From Oikopleura dioica (lineage: Eukaryota > Animalia > Chordata): DNA of 64,000 bases. This document shows, piece by piece, positions 26,773-37,457 of the stretch. Within the stretch, counting starts at the first letter, position 1; each line of letters opens with the position of its first letter. The position numbers were made by a program, and so were the translations under genes. The stretch covers positions 12,958,001 to 13,022,000 of the forward strand of contig OU015566.1 in assembly GCA_907165135.1 (NCBI GenBank). The letters run 5' to 3'. Under the pieces are notes generated by a model. The model was given only the letters and a program-made list of their open reading frames with translations. It was not told the origin of the DNA and made no database searches.

Positions 26773-27244
26773 TATTTGGTTCCCAATTTTGCTTTATTTT
26801 AATTTTTACGACTTGAAAATTTGAGTACTAAGCGTCGATTGAGAATATTAAAGCGCACAGCGTGTGATTTTTAAAAGCGGAAAAATGATCGCTGATCAAA
26901 TAATGGAAAGTTACAGTGATGCAGAACGGATTATTTACACACGGCGTAATCTCCTTGTTTCACTGAAACATAAATTATTCAGCTAAATTCGTAGCTGAAT
27001 TAAAAAAAAATACAATTCAATGATAAAAAAAACGTAAAAAATTGATGCCTTGTTCCTTCTTTTTGCTTAATTTCTCTGTTGCAATCGGTCCCAAGAATAT
27101 AGAATAAGGCTCAAAAAACATCTCGATATTATAATGAACTAGAAACGTTGTTTTTCTCTTATTGATTTGTCAGTAATCTTTCTCTTTCTTCATCTTGCTT
27201 TAGGTATGATATTTGAAGCACAAACCGAATTAGAAAATAATTTT

Positions 27245-27760
27245 TGACGGTATGAATGCTAGGGGTAGTCAAGACTTCTCCTTGCATTAAAACCACTTTC
27301 TTCCCTTTTTGTCTGAAAACTCCGATGCAGTAGCAATCAAGACATTTTTGTGAGAGTCAGAATTACCCGAATTTCGGAGTTTAGGCAAACGAAACCACGC
27401 TCGTAGATGAGGAGATAGGTCATCGCTTGGTCTTTTCTGACAGCTGGACACTTGGTCTCCGTTTTTTAAAGTCACATTTTCTGCTTCACCTTTTTAGCGC
27501 AGGTCAGAATAGCTTTGTCTCTTCCAGAGATCACTCGCTATGGTAAAAGAAGAAGAAAACGAAAATATCAAAAATGCGATTTTCCAAACCAGAATTCGGG
27601 TATTTTTCATCTCAAATTGAGATTCTCAACCTTAAATAAAACTAAATCATACAACAGTGTCTTGATTGCGATTGCATCGGAGTTTTGAGAAAAAAAGGGA
27701 TGAAAGTGTATTTGATGCCAGAAGACGTTTTGACTACCCGGAGCATCCATACTCAGAAAA
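27245..27760. repeat. Degenerate inverted duplication (arms ~27245-27345 and ~27658-27760)
   Basis: rc(27290-27345)=TGTCTTGATTGCTACTGCATCGGAGTTTTCAGACAAAAAGGGAAGAAAGTG versus TGTCTTGATTGCGATTGCATCGGAGTTTTGAGAAAAAAAGGGATGAAAGTG; similarity continues through TTGACTACCC..AGCAT.CATAC. Confidence 0.65.
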
Positions 27761-30700
27761 GCGATGTTATAAAACTGATTGAGAAAACGACATGGAAGAA
27801 AAAAGTGACGGCGAAAATAAGCTTGGCGAAACACGGAAACGCCACAAATCAGCAGCAGTTCAGCTATCTGACTCTTGGCAGCATATTCTGGCTCACTGTT
27901 ATGCTCATAGGTACCTTTCGAGTAATCTAATATTTTTCTTATTTTGCAAGCAAATTTCGCCTCTTTGGAGAAATCGCTCGGCGCAACGACCTTCCTAACG
28001 TCGACCTGTCACCAAAACTATAAAAAATGCGTTAAAATTTCAACAATGGACTTTTGCGGTCATCTTATGAAGCAATGCCGCGAAACCAAGGAGTTCATCC
28101 TTCCTGAGCCGGCTTCTAAGGTCGAGCATGTCAAAGCGGCGCCGCTAGTTTTTTCCGAAGAAGAAAACGAAGTGAATCTCCGCCGCTGTCAGAAGAAACG
28201 CTTTTACGACCAAAAAGTGTGTCGCCATCTCTGCTCGAACACGCTCGTTTTGAAATCAACGAGGACAAATCCGATCACGCCCTGTGAATCAATCTGCTTT
28301 GGACTGACAAGAAGCTTCGATTCTGCTGGAGAGGTGTGTCCGTTTCAGAAGTACTGTTCCAAAGGTTGTCCTTGTCCTCATTACCAGTGTGAGAAGCTGG
28401 AGTCGCCTCAAAAACTTGTTCCAGTTTTTGATTTGCGAAAATCTGAAAAAAGTTCAACGCCGATCGAGTCAACTTCAACTCAGTCGACATCAACAGGGTC
28501 GACTTTGACGACGTGGTCAACAATTGGGTCATCAACGCAGTCAACAATTTCGGCGACAACAACTCGGGCGACAACATCTCCAATAACAACCTCAACTCAG
28601 TCAACGTTGTCTTTCATCAACTCAACCGCGCACTCAAATGGCAGCACTGAACTGACTGCCGCTCATGAAGTTGAAGAACCAAATTTTACGATTCTATTGG
28701 CCGATTTCAATGGACAGAATCAACCAAAAATGACAAGCGCCTCAGATTTTTCGGACTCTTATGAACGGTTTCGATGATGAGTGTATTTTTAGCAAATTAG
28801 GTTGGAATAATGTTCGAGTCCAATTTTCAATAAAAATTATTCAAAACTAAAAAGTCGACTGGCGCTACCTTTCTGAACGGAGAGCATTACTTGGTCGATG
28901 CGATCGGAAACTTGATGAAAGTAAAAGAAAATGATGATGCTCCGACTATCATTCCGAACCCACTCAAAAACATGTAAGTTAATATGATTTTCTTAATATT
29001 TGCTAGATAAGTCGAGGCCCCTTAATTTTATTAAAAGAGGCCGCTTCGTTTTCCACTTTGGATCGTCGATTGGAACTCACCACATTGAGATTCGCCTGAA
29101 AGACAAAGATCGAAAGATTTTTCCGGTCGTTGTTATTTGAAAACGGTCAAAAATCGGATGAAAGGTAAAAGGAAAATTATGAATTTTTGACCAATAAAAG
29201 CTCCCCGGACGACCGTCCAGACAAGTGTTACTACTACGCGCCAGATTATAACCTAAACAGATTCGAAACAGCTCAAGGTAAGAATCAGCCTTCTACTTTT
29301 ACTTCTTCCTTGACATTCTAGGCTACATCGCGAGCAACCATATAAACGCTAGAACTTCTTCAATCAGCTTCGGCGGAACATTTATTTTGATGAGCTTGAG
29401 ACTCGGCAGAAACTGGATTGTTGTTTCGAAAACAGTCGCCCTGAACTCAATCCGAGCAACGGAGGAGTTGGAAAAGGGATGGAAAAAAGACGAAATAGCT
29501 GTTCCAGCTATGTTCCGAGACTTTGACCCTGTTCATGTGATTCCTTTGTTACGGATTCAATCGATATTTTCTACTTGCTCTTTCTTCTTTTTCTTTGAAT
29601 TCCAAAAAAGATCGATCTTGGTCAATTGATGCTCATTCTCGTCACTAGAAGCATCGCGCTCTCGAACACGCGGTATTCTCTTCTACTCGAAAAAGAGGGG
29701 AAATTCTTGACGCTAGGCAATGAGTGGATTGGCTCCTTGGTTCGTTACGAGCGAGAATCGCGTTGTTTCTCTGGTTTGTATGCTCCGAAAGATTACGCTT
29801 ATTCAAATGCATTTGGAACCAACAACGACGAGTGCGAGTATTTCATCAATGGCTTCATTAATAACGATCGTATTTACCTCCAGAATATTGTTTTCGACAC
29901 GACTTTTGAAATTCATTTCGACTTCGGAATGGATCATCACTATAGTTTAACTTGACTATATATAAGTTAATCCGCTAAAAAGATCACATCGAGCTCGATT
30001 TCCGTCAACAAAGTGCTGGAAACAAAATGCTTGTGACTAGCAACCCGTATTTCGAATTCCACAAAGATGTCTTTCCTTTCTTCGCCAAAAACGCTGTCAA
30101 AGAACAAATGCCTTTTCCGCAATCAGGCGAGGCTCTTGATCAAACGAGCAGAATTTTTTAATAGCAAGTCGTTACTAACGGCGATAAACAGAGCCCAAAA
30201 AGCAAGCAGTTTGTCTCCACCATATCCATTGGAAATACTGCCGGATTACCCTTTTTCGTCTTTCAATGAGTCGCTATTCCATATTTCTTCATTCGAATTG
30301 GACTTTAACGAAACGCGAAAACTCACTTTTGACATAAAGGAAAGAGTCTCAAATTTAACGCTAAATAATTAATTTAAAGTAAATTAATCGAAAAATATTC
30401 TTGACTCTCAGAAGACCAAATCGTTTCTCACAAAAGCTGCGAAAATTCTGGAATTTCGATCTTATAATGAAAAATCTATCTTCGCAATTAAAAATTACGA
30501 AAACAGCTCGATTGCGATTTCTTCCGACTTTTTCGAGGAATCGATCGTTTTGGACGACCCGTTAAGCACGAATTGGACATCTCTTGAATTCGTTTTCAAA
30601 GTCGAAGACGGCTCACTTTTTTCCCTTGTTGTGAGGAAAAAGGGCGAGGAAATAGCAACAAGGCAAATGAACGAGCTTCAAACTTTGGGAAAAAAGAGAA

Positions 30701-30843
30701 TCAGACTTTTCAAATTCGACGACGAAACCGAAATCAAGAATGTTTTTTTCTATCAAAATCAACAGAGTCAGATTCTTGTTATCTTATCTGAGCCAGCTGA
30801 GTTACCACATTCATATGCTTTGTTTGGAAATGGTTTTAAAAAC
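27685..30843 (+). pseudogene. 5' part of a secreted Cys-rich / Thr-Ser-rich / Kelch-like protein gene, interrupted by the giant transposon
   Basis: Hydrophobic leader, Cys-rich domain (C..CFG..CPFQKYCSKGCPCPHYQC), S/T-rich stalk, further exons. The last exon ..SYALFGNGFKN continues in frame at 57078 once the element and one TSD are removed. The 28.8-30.4 kb part may include other gene fragments. Confidence 0.6.
30836..30843 (+). repeat. Left target-site duplication TTAAAAAC
   Basis: Identical 8-mer immediately precedes the left terminus GAG and follows the right terminus CTC (57070-57077). Confidence 0.85.
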
Positions 30844-31558
30844 GAGGGCACCGTATTACTGTACATGTAATATTGTACAGTGGAAAATTGTATCACTGTA
30901 CTTGTATTAGTGTACAGTATCGTATCACTGTACTTTTCCCTGTGAACTCAAAAGTACAAACTTACAATGTACAGTGATACAATACTGTACACAAATACAA
31001 GTACAGTGATACAACAGCAAAAAATTTAAAATCGCGAATTTACGGGGCTAGGATTTTTTTTTTTTTAAAATTATTATTTAAAATTCAAATTTACAATATA
31101 TTTTTTTCATACAATTTTTATTTAATGCGCGCGGCGCGCGCAAATCCCTACTTTTTAATAATATAAATGAACTAAATTAAAAAAATACAATAAATTATAT
31201 ATAATTTCTTATACAATTTTTATTTAATGCGCGCGGCGCGCGCAAATCCCTACAATTTATATTCCCAAATTTAACAAAATATGGGGGGACTATATTTTGG
31301 TAGCTAGGGGCGGGGCGGGGGTAGATTACACAAGGGCTATTTAATGATGGCCTATATAGCGTTTTTCACGTTTTTTCCCAAAAGTGTGTTTTATTGTACT
31401 GCAAAAAAATAGAATTTATGCCCCAAATTCTAATAAAATAGGGGGACTATATTTTGGTAGCTAGGGGCGGGGCGGGGGTAGATTATACAAGGGCTATTTA
31501 ATGATGGCCTATATAGCGTTTTTCACGTTTTTCCAAAAGTATGTTCTTCCGTACTGCA
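30844..31558 (+). repeat. Left terminal inverted repeat (~715 bp, modular)
   Basis: Array of TACAAGTACAGTGATACAA motifs in both orientations (30850-31015); two ~100-bp AT-box+GCGCGCGGCGCGCGC units (31110, 31212); two ~185-bp units with GGGGACTATATTTTGGTAGCTAGGGGCGGGGCGGGGGTAGATT..GGCCTATATAGCG. Inverted match to 56332-57069. Confidence 0.92.
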
Positions 31559-31858
31559 GACAAAATAATAATTCCCACTTCTGACTTTCTAATAGCTATT
31601 TTTCTTTTCAATTCAACTGCAAAAATGCGATATTGTGTACTGCTGAAAATTTATTTTTTTCGTTTTAGACTAGACATGAAAGAGCAATTCTGCTGACAAA
31701 TGAAGAAAACTCGAAACAAAATTTGAAACACTTTCTATGATCTTCATAATGCTCGTTGATAATTAAAGTTCGGCCTTGGCAGAGGCTTTCGGTTCCTAGA
31801 GCAACAAATCCGATCACAAGAACTTGGTTTCTTTTGTTTATTCATTTATTCATTTTTA

Positions 31859-32408
31859 TCATTCAGGCTCATTCTCTGTCTGGCTTAAAAAGTCAGTTTC
31901 CGTAGATAACAGCACTCCACTTGTCTGCCTGAAGCGCCGTCCCATTCGCAAGTTTCTTAAACGAGATGTTATTGGTCCCCATTTCGCGCCTACCAATGAT
32001 TCATCCGATGCGTCCGGAGTCTCTTCGATCTCATAGGCTTCCAACTTCACACCTTGGCTTCCACTGTCAGTTTCCACCCGACCTTCGATTTTAATGTAGT
32101 CGCCAAACTATTTTTAGTTATAATTTGTAAATTGAACGTCTGATTACCTTGAACTCTTCGAGAAGTTCGTTTTTGCCAGTGACCTTGATTGTTTCTTCGC
32201 CATCAGTGACTACGATGGACTCGCCTCCACGTGCAATATCCCAGATCTTGCAGTACAGTATTGCAAGGTTGTCTTTGTGCTTAATAAATAGCTTAGCTTT
32301 CTCATTGAGTCTTTAATATTTTAAAATCGCCCAAATTACCTCTGCGATGTTCGCAGCGCACACAAGCTTTCGCTGCTGGAACTTCCACGATGGAATGTCA
32401 GGGAACAT
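31859..32408 (-). CDS. RPA3/RPA14-like single OB-fold ssDNA-binding protein (3 exons)
   Basis: Spliced MFPDIPSWKFQQRKLVCAANIAE-HKDNLAILYCKIWDIARGGESIVVTDGEETIKVTGKNELLEEFK-FGDYIKIEGRVETDSGSQGVKLEAYEI resembles RPA14 ([43 protein letters not shown]), alignment by eye. Confidence 0.6.
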
Positions 32409-32521
32409 TGATTGAAGATCGGCATCAGTGTTAGTCATTCTGAATATTTAATTTCAAGCGTTTTTTGTCGTCTTTCTGTTTTCAAATTTGAAGTACACGA
32501 GAAAAATTATCAGCGAAATTT

Positions 32522-33373
32522 TTACTTCTCTCTTTTTCGAAGTATTCGATGTAAGTGGCCATATCCAGGTTCGGCTGCCACCGCCAAAATTTTTGTCGAA
32601 TGACTAAGATTAATATTTTTAAATACTAGCTTTGTTTTTTTGTTTATACCTTCAGCGGTTCTTTTAATTGCAACAATCGGCTCATCTTTGTTCTCCGACG
32701 CAGCGATGACGATGTTTCCTTGGAAGATTTTTTCTGCTTGATCTTCAATTTCCATGGGCACACAGTTATGGACGTGTTGTTGTTCATGAAGCCCAGCTTC
32801 TTCCGGATCAAGGGGATACGCCGAATTGCAAAACGAAGGTGCTTCCTTTTTGCTTATCTTGAAGTTTTTCGTTACTTCTTTTTCGTCCGCAACAATGACT
32901 GCACTTGGACGGAAAATTTGAAGTGATTCAAGACCAACGCACGTCTCATTTGCGCAGCACATGAGCATTTGTTGCTTACTTAAAGAAGTTACTATCTTAA
33001 AGTCCTTTTTATTTGTGTTACCTCTGGATGTAAGCGAACGGTTTCAGAACGACCGTAAACTGATAGTTGGCGTCAGTATTTATCCATTTGCCATCAGCCG
33101 TTTCTTGGAGGTCGTAGCTGAATGCGCATCGTGGCTCCCAATCCATCGTGATCCAAGTTTCGCCCATAGACCGCTGGACATCAGGATTGATTTTGATAGT
33201 CGTAGCGAGCATTTTTTCTTTTGTGACCTAGAATTAATGGTTATTTATTTAATACAGTGATATTTTCATAGAAATTTTATATAAGGCGCGCTGCGCGCGC
33301 GATTGCGTTATCTTTTCGTTACCTTCTTCGTCTGGCGCTCCGAAACAACTGATTCGTTCTTAATTTTATCCAT
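32522..33373 (-). CDS. Orphan cargo protein (~235 aa, 3 exons)
   Basis: MDKIKNESVVSERQTKK|VTKEKMLATTIKINP..YIQS|KQQMLMCCANETC..RKREK*; in-frame GT-AG splices. Confidence 0.55.
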
Positions 33374-33420
33374 TTAAGTGTGCAATCAAACGACGTAGAA
33401 GGTGTTTTTTTTTTTCAGTT

Positions 33421-34138
33421 TCAAAGAATATAGTTTTCCAATTCGAGCATGATCACGCCCTGCAAATCGTCGAAATCCTGGGCATACTTTCGAAGCTCGG
33501 TAATTGGTCCATTCCGCGTCCCTTTATCTTTCCTTGGCTCCTAAAATTCTCTTCACTGTAAATGTATGACTGAGAGAAACGAAAAGGAGAATTTTTGCCA
33601 ATAGGTGCCTATCCTTGATCTTCTGTTTCAATTAATGCCGTAAGTCTGCTGGTCAACTCTTCCCCACTAGATAAATCTGTTAAATCGGCACTTATTTTCT
33701 GGTTATCTGATTACTTCAGCTTTTCTGCATTGACAAGCGATAGAAATACGTGAATATTCTGTCCAAGGCGTTGGATTTTTTTGCAGAGGATCTTCAGTTT
33801 CGACCACCAACCCTCTAAGAATATTAATATAGTTATTGAGGTTATCTTAAACTTTTGATTGTACTTACGGACAATATATTTAGCATCTTCAAGCTTCTTC
33901 TTTTCTTCATGGGTCATAAACTCGTTCTCGTTTTTGGTTTTGAGATGTTCTTTCGCCGAATGAACCGACTTAGCGAGTGAACATTTTTTTTTTCTCTCAG
34001 TCAATCACTTATTGAATTGAGTTCACTTTCCTCAACAACTTGTCGCATTCCGATCATGGCCGTTGACTCGGGCTCGAGTCGCGAAAGAATAAGCTTGGCA
34101 ACCACGAAACCTTCCACGTCTGGGTATGTTTCTGTCAT
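33421..34138 (-). CDS. Orphan cargo protein (multi-exon)
   Basis: Exons MTETYPDVEGFVVAKL.., KKCSLAKSVH..KFKI, GLVVETEDPLQ..CQCRKAE, EPRKDKG..ELENYIL*; splice sites partly uncertain. Confidence 0.4.
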
Positions 34139-34353
34139 AGTACTAAGAGATCAACCGCGCAAATCAGTTCTGAAAATAGGAAAGTCATTTTCTATTTTCT
34201 ATTTTTTCTTTCAACCGGTATCTTTCTATCTGTAAAGGAATTATAAGCAAGACTTGCTTATAAAATCCTTTAGATCCGTTCATAAGGGCAGTGTTACAGT
34301 TATCTTTCAACAATTCAAACGGGTTCTTTCTTGATCATAAATCGACGTTTCGA

Positions 34354-35303
34354 TTAATCCATTTCGAGTACGAAGTCAGCGATTTTGGTGGTTGTTTTCG
34401 TAAACGAGATGTGAATTTTTTCGTCGACAGTAACTGTTCCCTCCTCCGAATTTTTTGCTGCAGCGGAGAGCGACTCGGTCCACCTAAAATTTAAATTTAC
34501 TTGGTTTTATTTATCTATGCTATTTTACTTTTGATTCAATGAAAAGCTCGCATCCTTGATCGCTTTTCCATCTTTTGCGGTGATTGTCACGGATTTTACG
34601 GGTCTAGCTGGATTAAAAGTCCCGTCCAGAGCATTTCCAAGTGATTCCGAATTTGAAAAGCGGAGTTTTTGGTTACCAGAATCTACCGCGATCTTCAGGG
34701 GGAAAGCCACAGACGAAGGAAGTTGAAAGCAGTTGCTGTCGAGCTTGAATTCTCCGCTAAATACTAAGTTATCATTTTTTTTTTCTTTATGTTGCTTACG
34801 TTTGCTTTCCGTACGATGGCAGCTTGTCTTCCATTTTCACGAGAGTAAGCGGCGCCACGTGACAACTGACGAGGGCGCAAAGATTGTAATCTGCTACCAG
34901 CTCTCGTCGAAGAACCAAGTTGAAGTTCTTGTCAACAGTTACCTCCCATTTGAGGCAGCAGTGTTCACCTGATGCATTGACCGATTCGATAAGTTTCGGC
35001 GTTGAGACTGAAAGTGATTATCTTTTTATTCAATATAAAAAAAATATAAATACCTTTAACTGCGAACGTTTCGCAGCAAGTATACAGCTTGAACTGTGTC
35101 GCGTCGAGCTCGACACAAACACGATTCAAACCCGCTTCATCGCTTGTTTCGATTTTGATCCCACTTGGAGTGAAGATCATCTTAGTTTTGTACCCAATCT
35201 TCGCAATCGGTGCTAATTTTGTTCTTATTTCGACTGGTTTGTTGTAAGCAGCCAAAAACATCAGTCTAGAATAAGGAATTTCAGTCATCTTAGAGAGACT
35301 CAT
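34354..35303 (-). CDS. Divergent full-length PCNA-like sliding clamp (clamp 1; 4 exons)
   Basis: IFTPSGIKIETSDEAGLNRVCVELDATQFKLYTCCETFAVKV ~ PCNA [48 protein letters not shown] ~ VSDYEM; KLRFSNSESLGNA ~ GVKFSASGELGNG. All splices are canonical and in frame to TAA at 34354. Confidence 0.78.
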
Positions 35304-35312
35304 CGTGGATCA

Positions 35313-35968
35313 TCACAAAAGGCTTTCAAGGACATTCTGAGTGTGCACAGACGATGTAATCTCCACGACTGAAAGTTTATCGTGAAGCCTTAACAGTTTG
35401 TCAATTAGAGACGTGGCGTTATTTTTCTCCTCGAAAAGCTCAGCGAGTCGTTCAATCTTTGCTCCATCACTAGAAATTCGTCACTTTGATAAGTTTTCAT
35501 TTTAAAAAGTACGTTTTATCGCAACTCTACAGTTTAATTATTATTTCTCATACTATTTTTATTTAATGCGCGCTGCGCGCGCACTTTTACACTCAATTAG
35601 CCTATCTTTACCTTAATTGCTCGTGATGAATGAGAGACAGGAAGATGAGAAGGTTTTTCCCAAGCACGCTGGTCTCTGCACCAATTTCATCGATCTCCTT
35701 GGTGTACTTTTCTACTCTCTTTTTAGCAGCCATTTTTTCTGTCGTTAATCTTACCGAGCGAAGAAATTCCATTGTTAACTTTCTGGATGTACGAAGCTGG
35801 CTTAGATTCTGATTTCATTTGTTCAAACATTTCTTTCGCGCCTTCAATGTTGTTTTTCAAGTCTCTTCGCCTTTTAACGATATCGTTTCCGGCTGGCAAA
35901 AATTGTTTTACAATCTCGTTTGCAGTTTTCAGTCCGTCTGTCCAGTCGTATGCATTCACAGTGGCCAT
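35313..35968 (-). CDS. Orphan helical/coiled-coil cargo protein
   Basis: MATVNAYDWTDGLK.. ORF, further exons ..EIDEIGAETSVLGKNLLIF.. and ..IERLAELFEEK..ESLL*, ending 9 bp upstream of the clamp-1 ATG. Confidence 0.4.
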
Positions 35969-36331
35969 TCTGAAGATATACTCGATTATTTTTACTCAAG
36001 TTAAAATAGAAATAAAATTATCTTTTGAACTTTTGGAGTCAGATATGTGTGAAACCTTTTCAATGGCTTGCAAGTTTAAAGGTTTTCCCTTCTTTTTTTT
36101 TTCCTTTTACCGTAAAAAAAACGCACACAGTGAAAATAATAATGATCATTTGATCTTGAGGAACTTTTGGCCGAGGCAGTTGGGTGCTGAGCGTTAAGGT
36201 TTTTTTTTTTGAAAATTGCAAGCGTACAGTTTGTGCCTTTTCCGTTTATCTACCTAGGGAGTTTTTATTTCTCCGCCGTACTATAAATGAAAGAACACAA
36301 TTTAGTTTAGCTAGTGAGGAAAAAATTGGAA

Positions 36332-37072
36332 CTAATGAAGGTATGGGGTGCGGCAGACGGCGCAATATGTCCATCGCTCGATCCATCGCAATGCGCATGC
36401 TTTGTCAACCTTATGTGAGCAATTTTTGAATCGGATGAGTGGCTCCTTGAGTTCCATTTGACAAATTTGACAGATCTCTTCTTCCTGGATATTTTGAGGA
36501 GTCAAAGTGTCGCCAATCAGTCCTTCGAGCCGACCTTTGTATTCGTCCGAAGCGCGAAATTCAGCTCGCCAAAGATCGCCCAAGAGTCCTTCCATAGTTC
36601 GGCTTTCTGGATCGATTAGTGGAATATTTTGTGGATAGCTTGTTTGCGGTCGTTTGAGTTTGCTTTATTACACTCAAGCACGAAAAAGGCATATTTTTTT
36701 TTCAACTCAAAAGACCTTTCCTGTTCAATCCAAATGGATTGTTGATAATAGCTTCGTAGAAATGGTTGTAATTGCCATCATTTTGATTGTCCACCGTGCC
36801 GACAACATTCCGATCGTCGAGTTCTGGCCCTTTTCATGATTTAACAAGTCTTTTTTATGGCTAAGATCTGATAAAATTAAAAAAAAAAAGAATTCTATAT
36901 ATTGAAGTTTTGTCCTTCCTTGAAGTGGCTGTGTGGCGGTGGGCAACTCAGCAGGGTTACGAAGAACAGGTGGATCCTCTCCATGCACCTGTTGAGTGCC
37001 ATCTTCTTGATGATTCTGAGCGGGTCCATTTTCCGCCGGGATGTTTCGATTCAAGTCAAAATTATCACTCAT
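36332..37072 (-). CDS. C-terminal RING-finger protein (putative E3 ligase)
   Basis: CQICQMELKEPLIRFKNCSHKVDKACALRWIERWTYCAVCR (RING-H2-like, one ligand replaced by Asp); upstream exons from 37072. Confidence 0.7.
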
Positions 37073-37457
37073 TCCCCTTTCAAATGTCTGAATAAAAGTT
37101 CATTAGTTAAGTTCGAAATTTATCCTGGTAATATATCTTTGATCACAGTGAGCTTTGATAAGACTGAAGGATTTAAAAATTTGTTTGACTGTCATTATGC
37201 TGAGTGAACATGATGTTGTTACAGTTTTACTAACAATAAGCATAGCTTTTAGTTTGAACTTTGTTTGGCAGTTGGGCAGGGGGGGGGGAGCAGAAAATAA
37301 TCATAAAGTGAAAAGGCCGATTTACATTTCCTTGACTCACGAAGGAGAAGGCCCGACTTTAAAAACTTTATGATTTTGAAAATGGGGTTTAGAATTGGTT
37401 TTCGTATTTGGCAGTTGGTAAAAAATCGTGAGGCGCGAAAGTTTTGTTTTGAAACCT

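Noticed and set aside
30836-30846. 11-bp TSD (TTAAAAACGAG)
   Set aside because: The extra GAG on the left is better read as the TIR start, mirroring the terminal CTC on the right and giving equal-length aligned ends. 8 bp is preferred, though 11 bp is formally possible.
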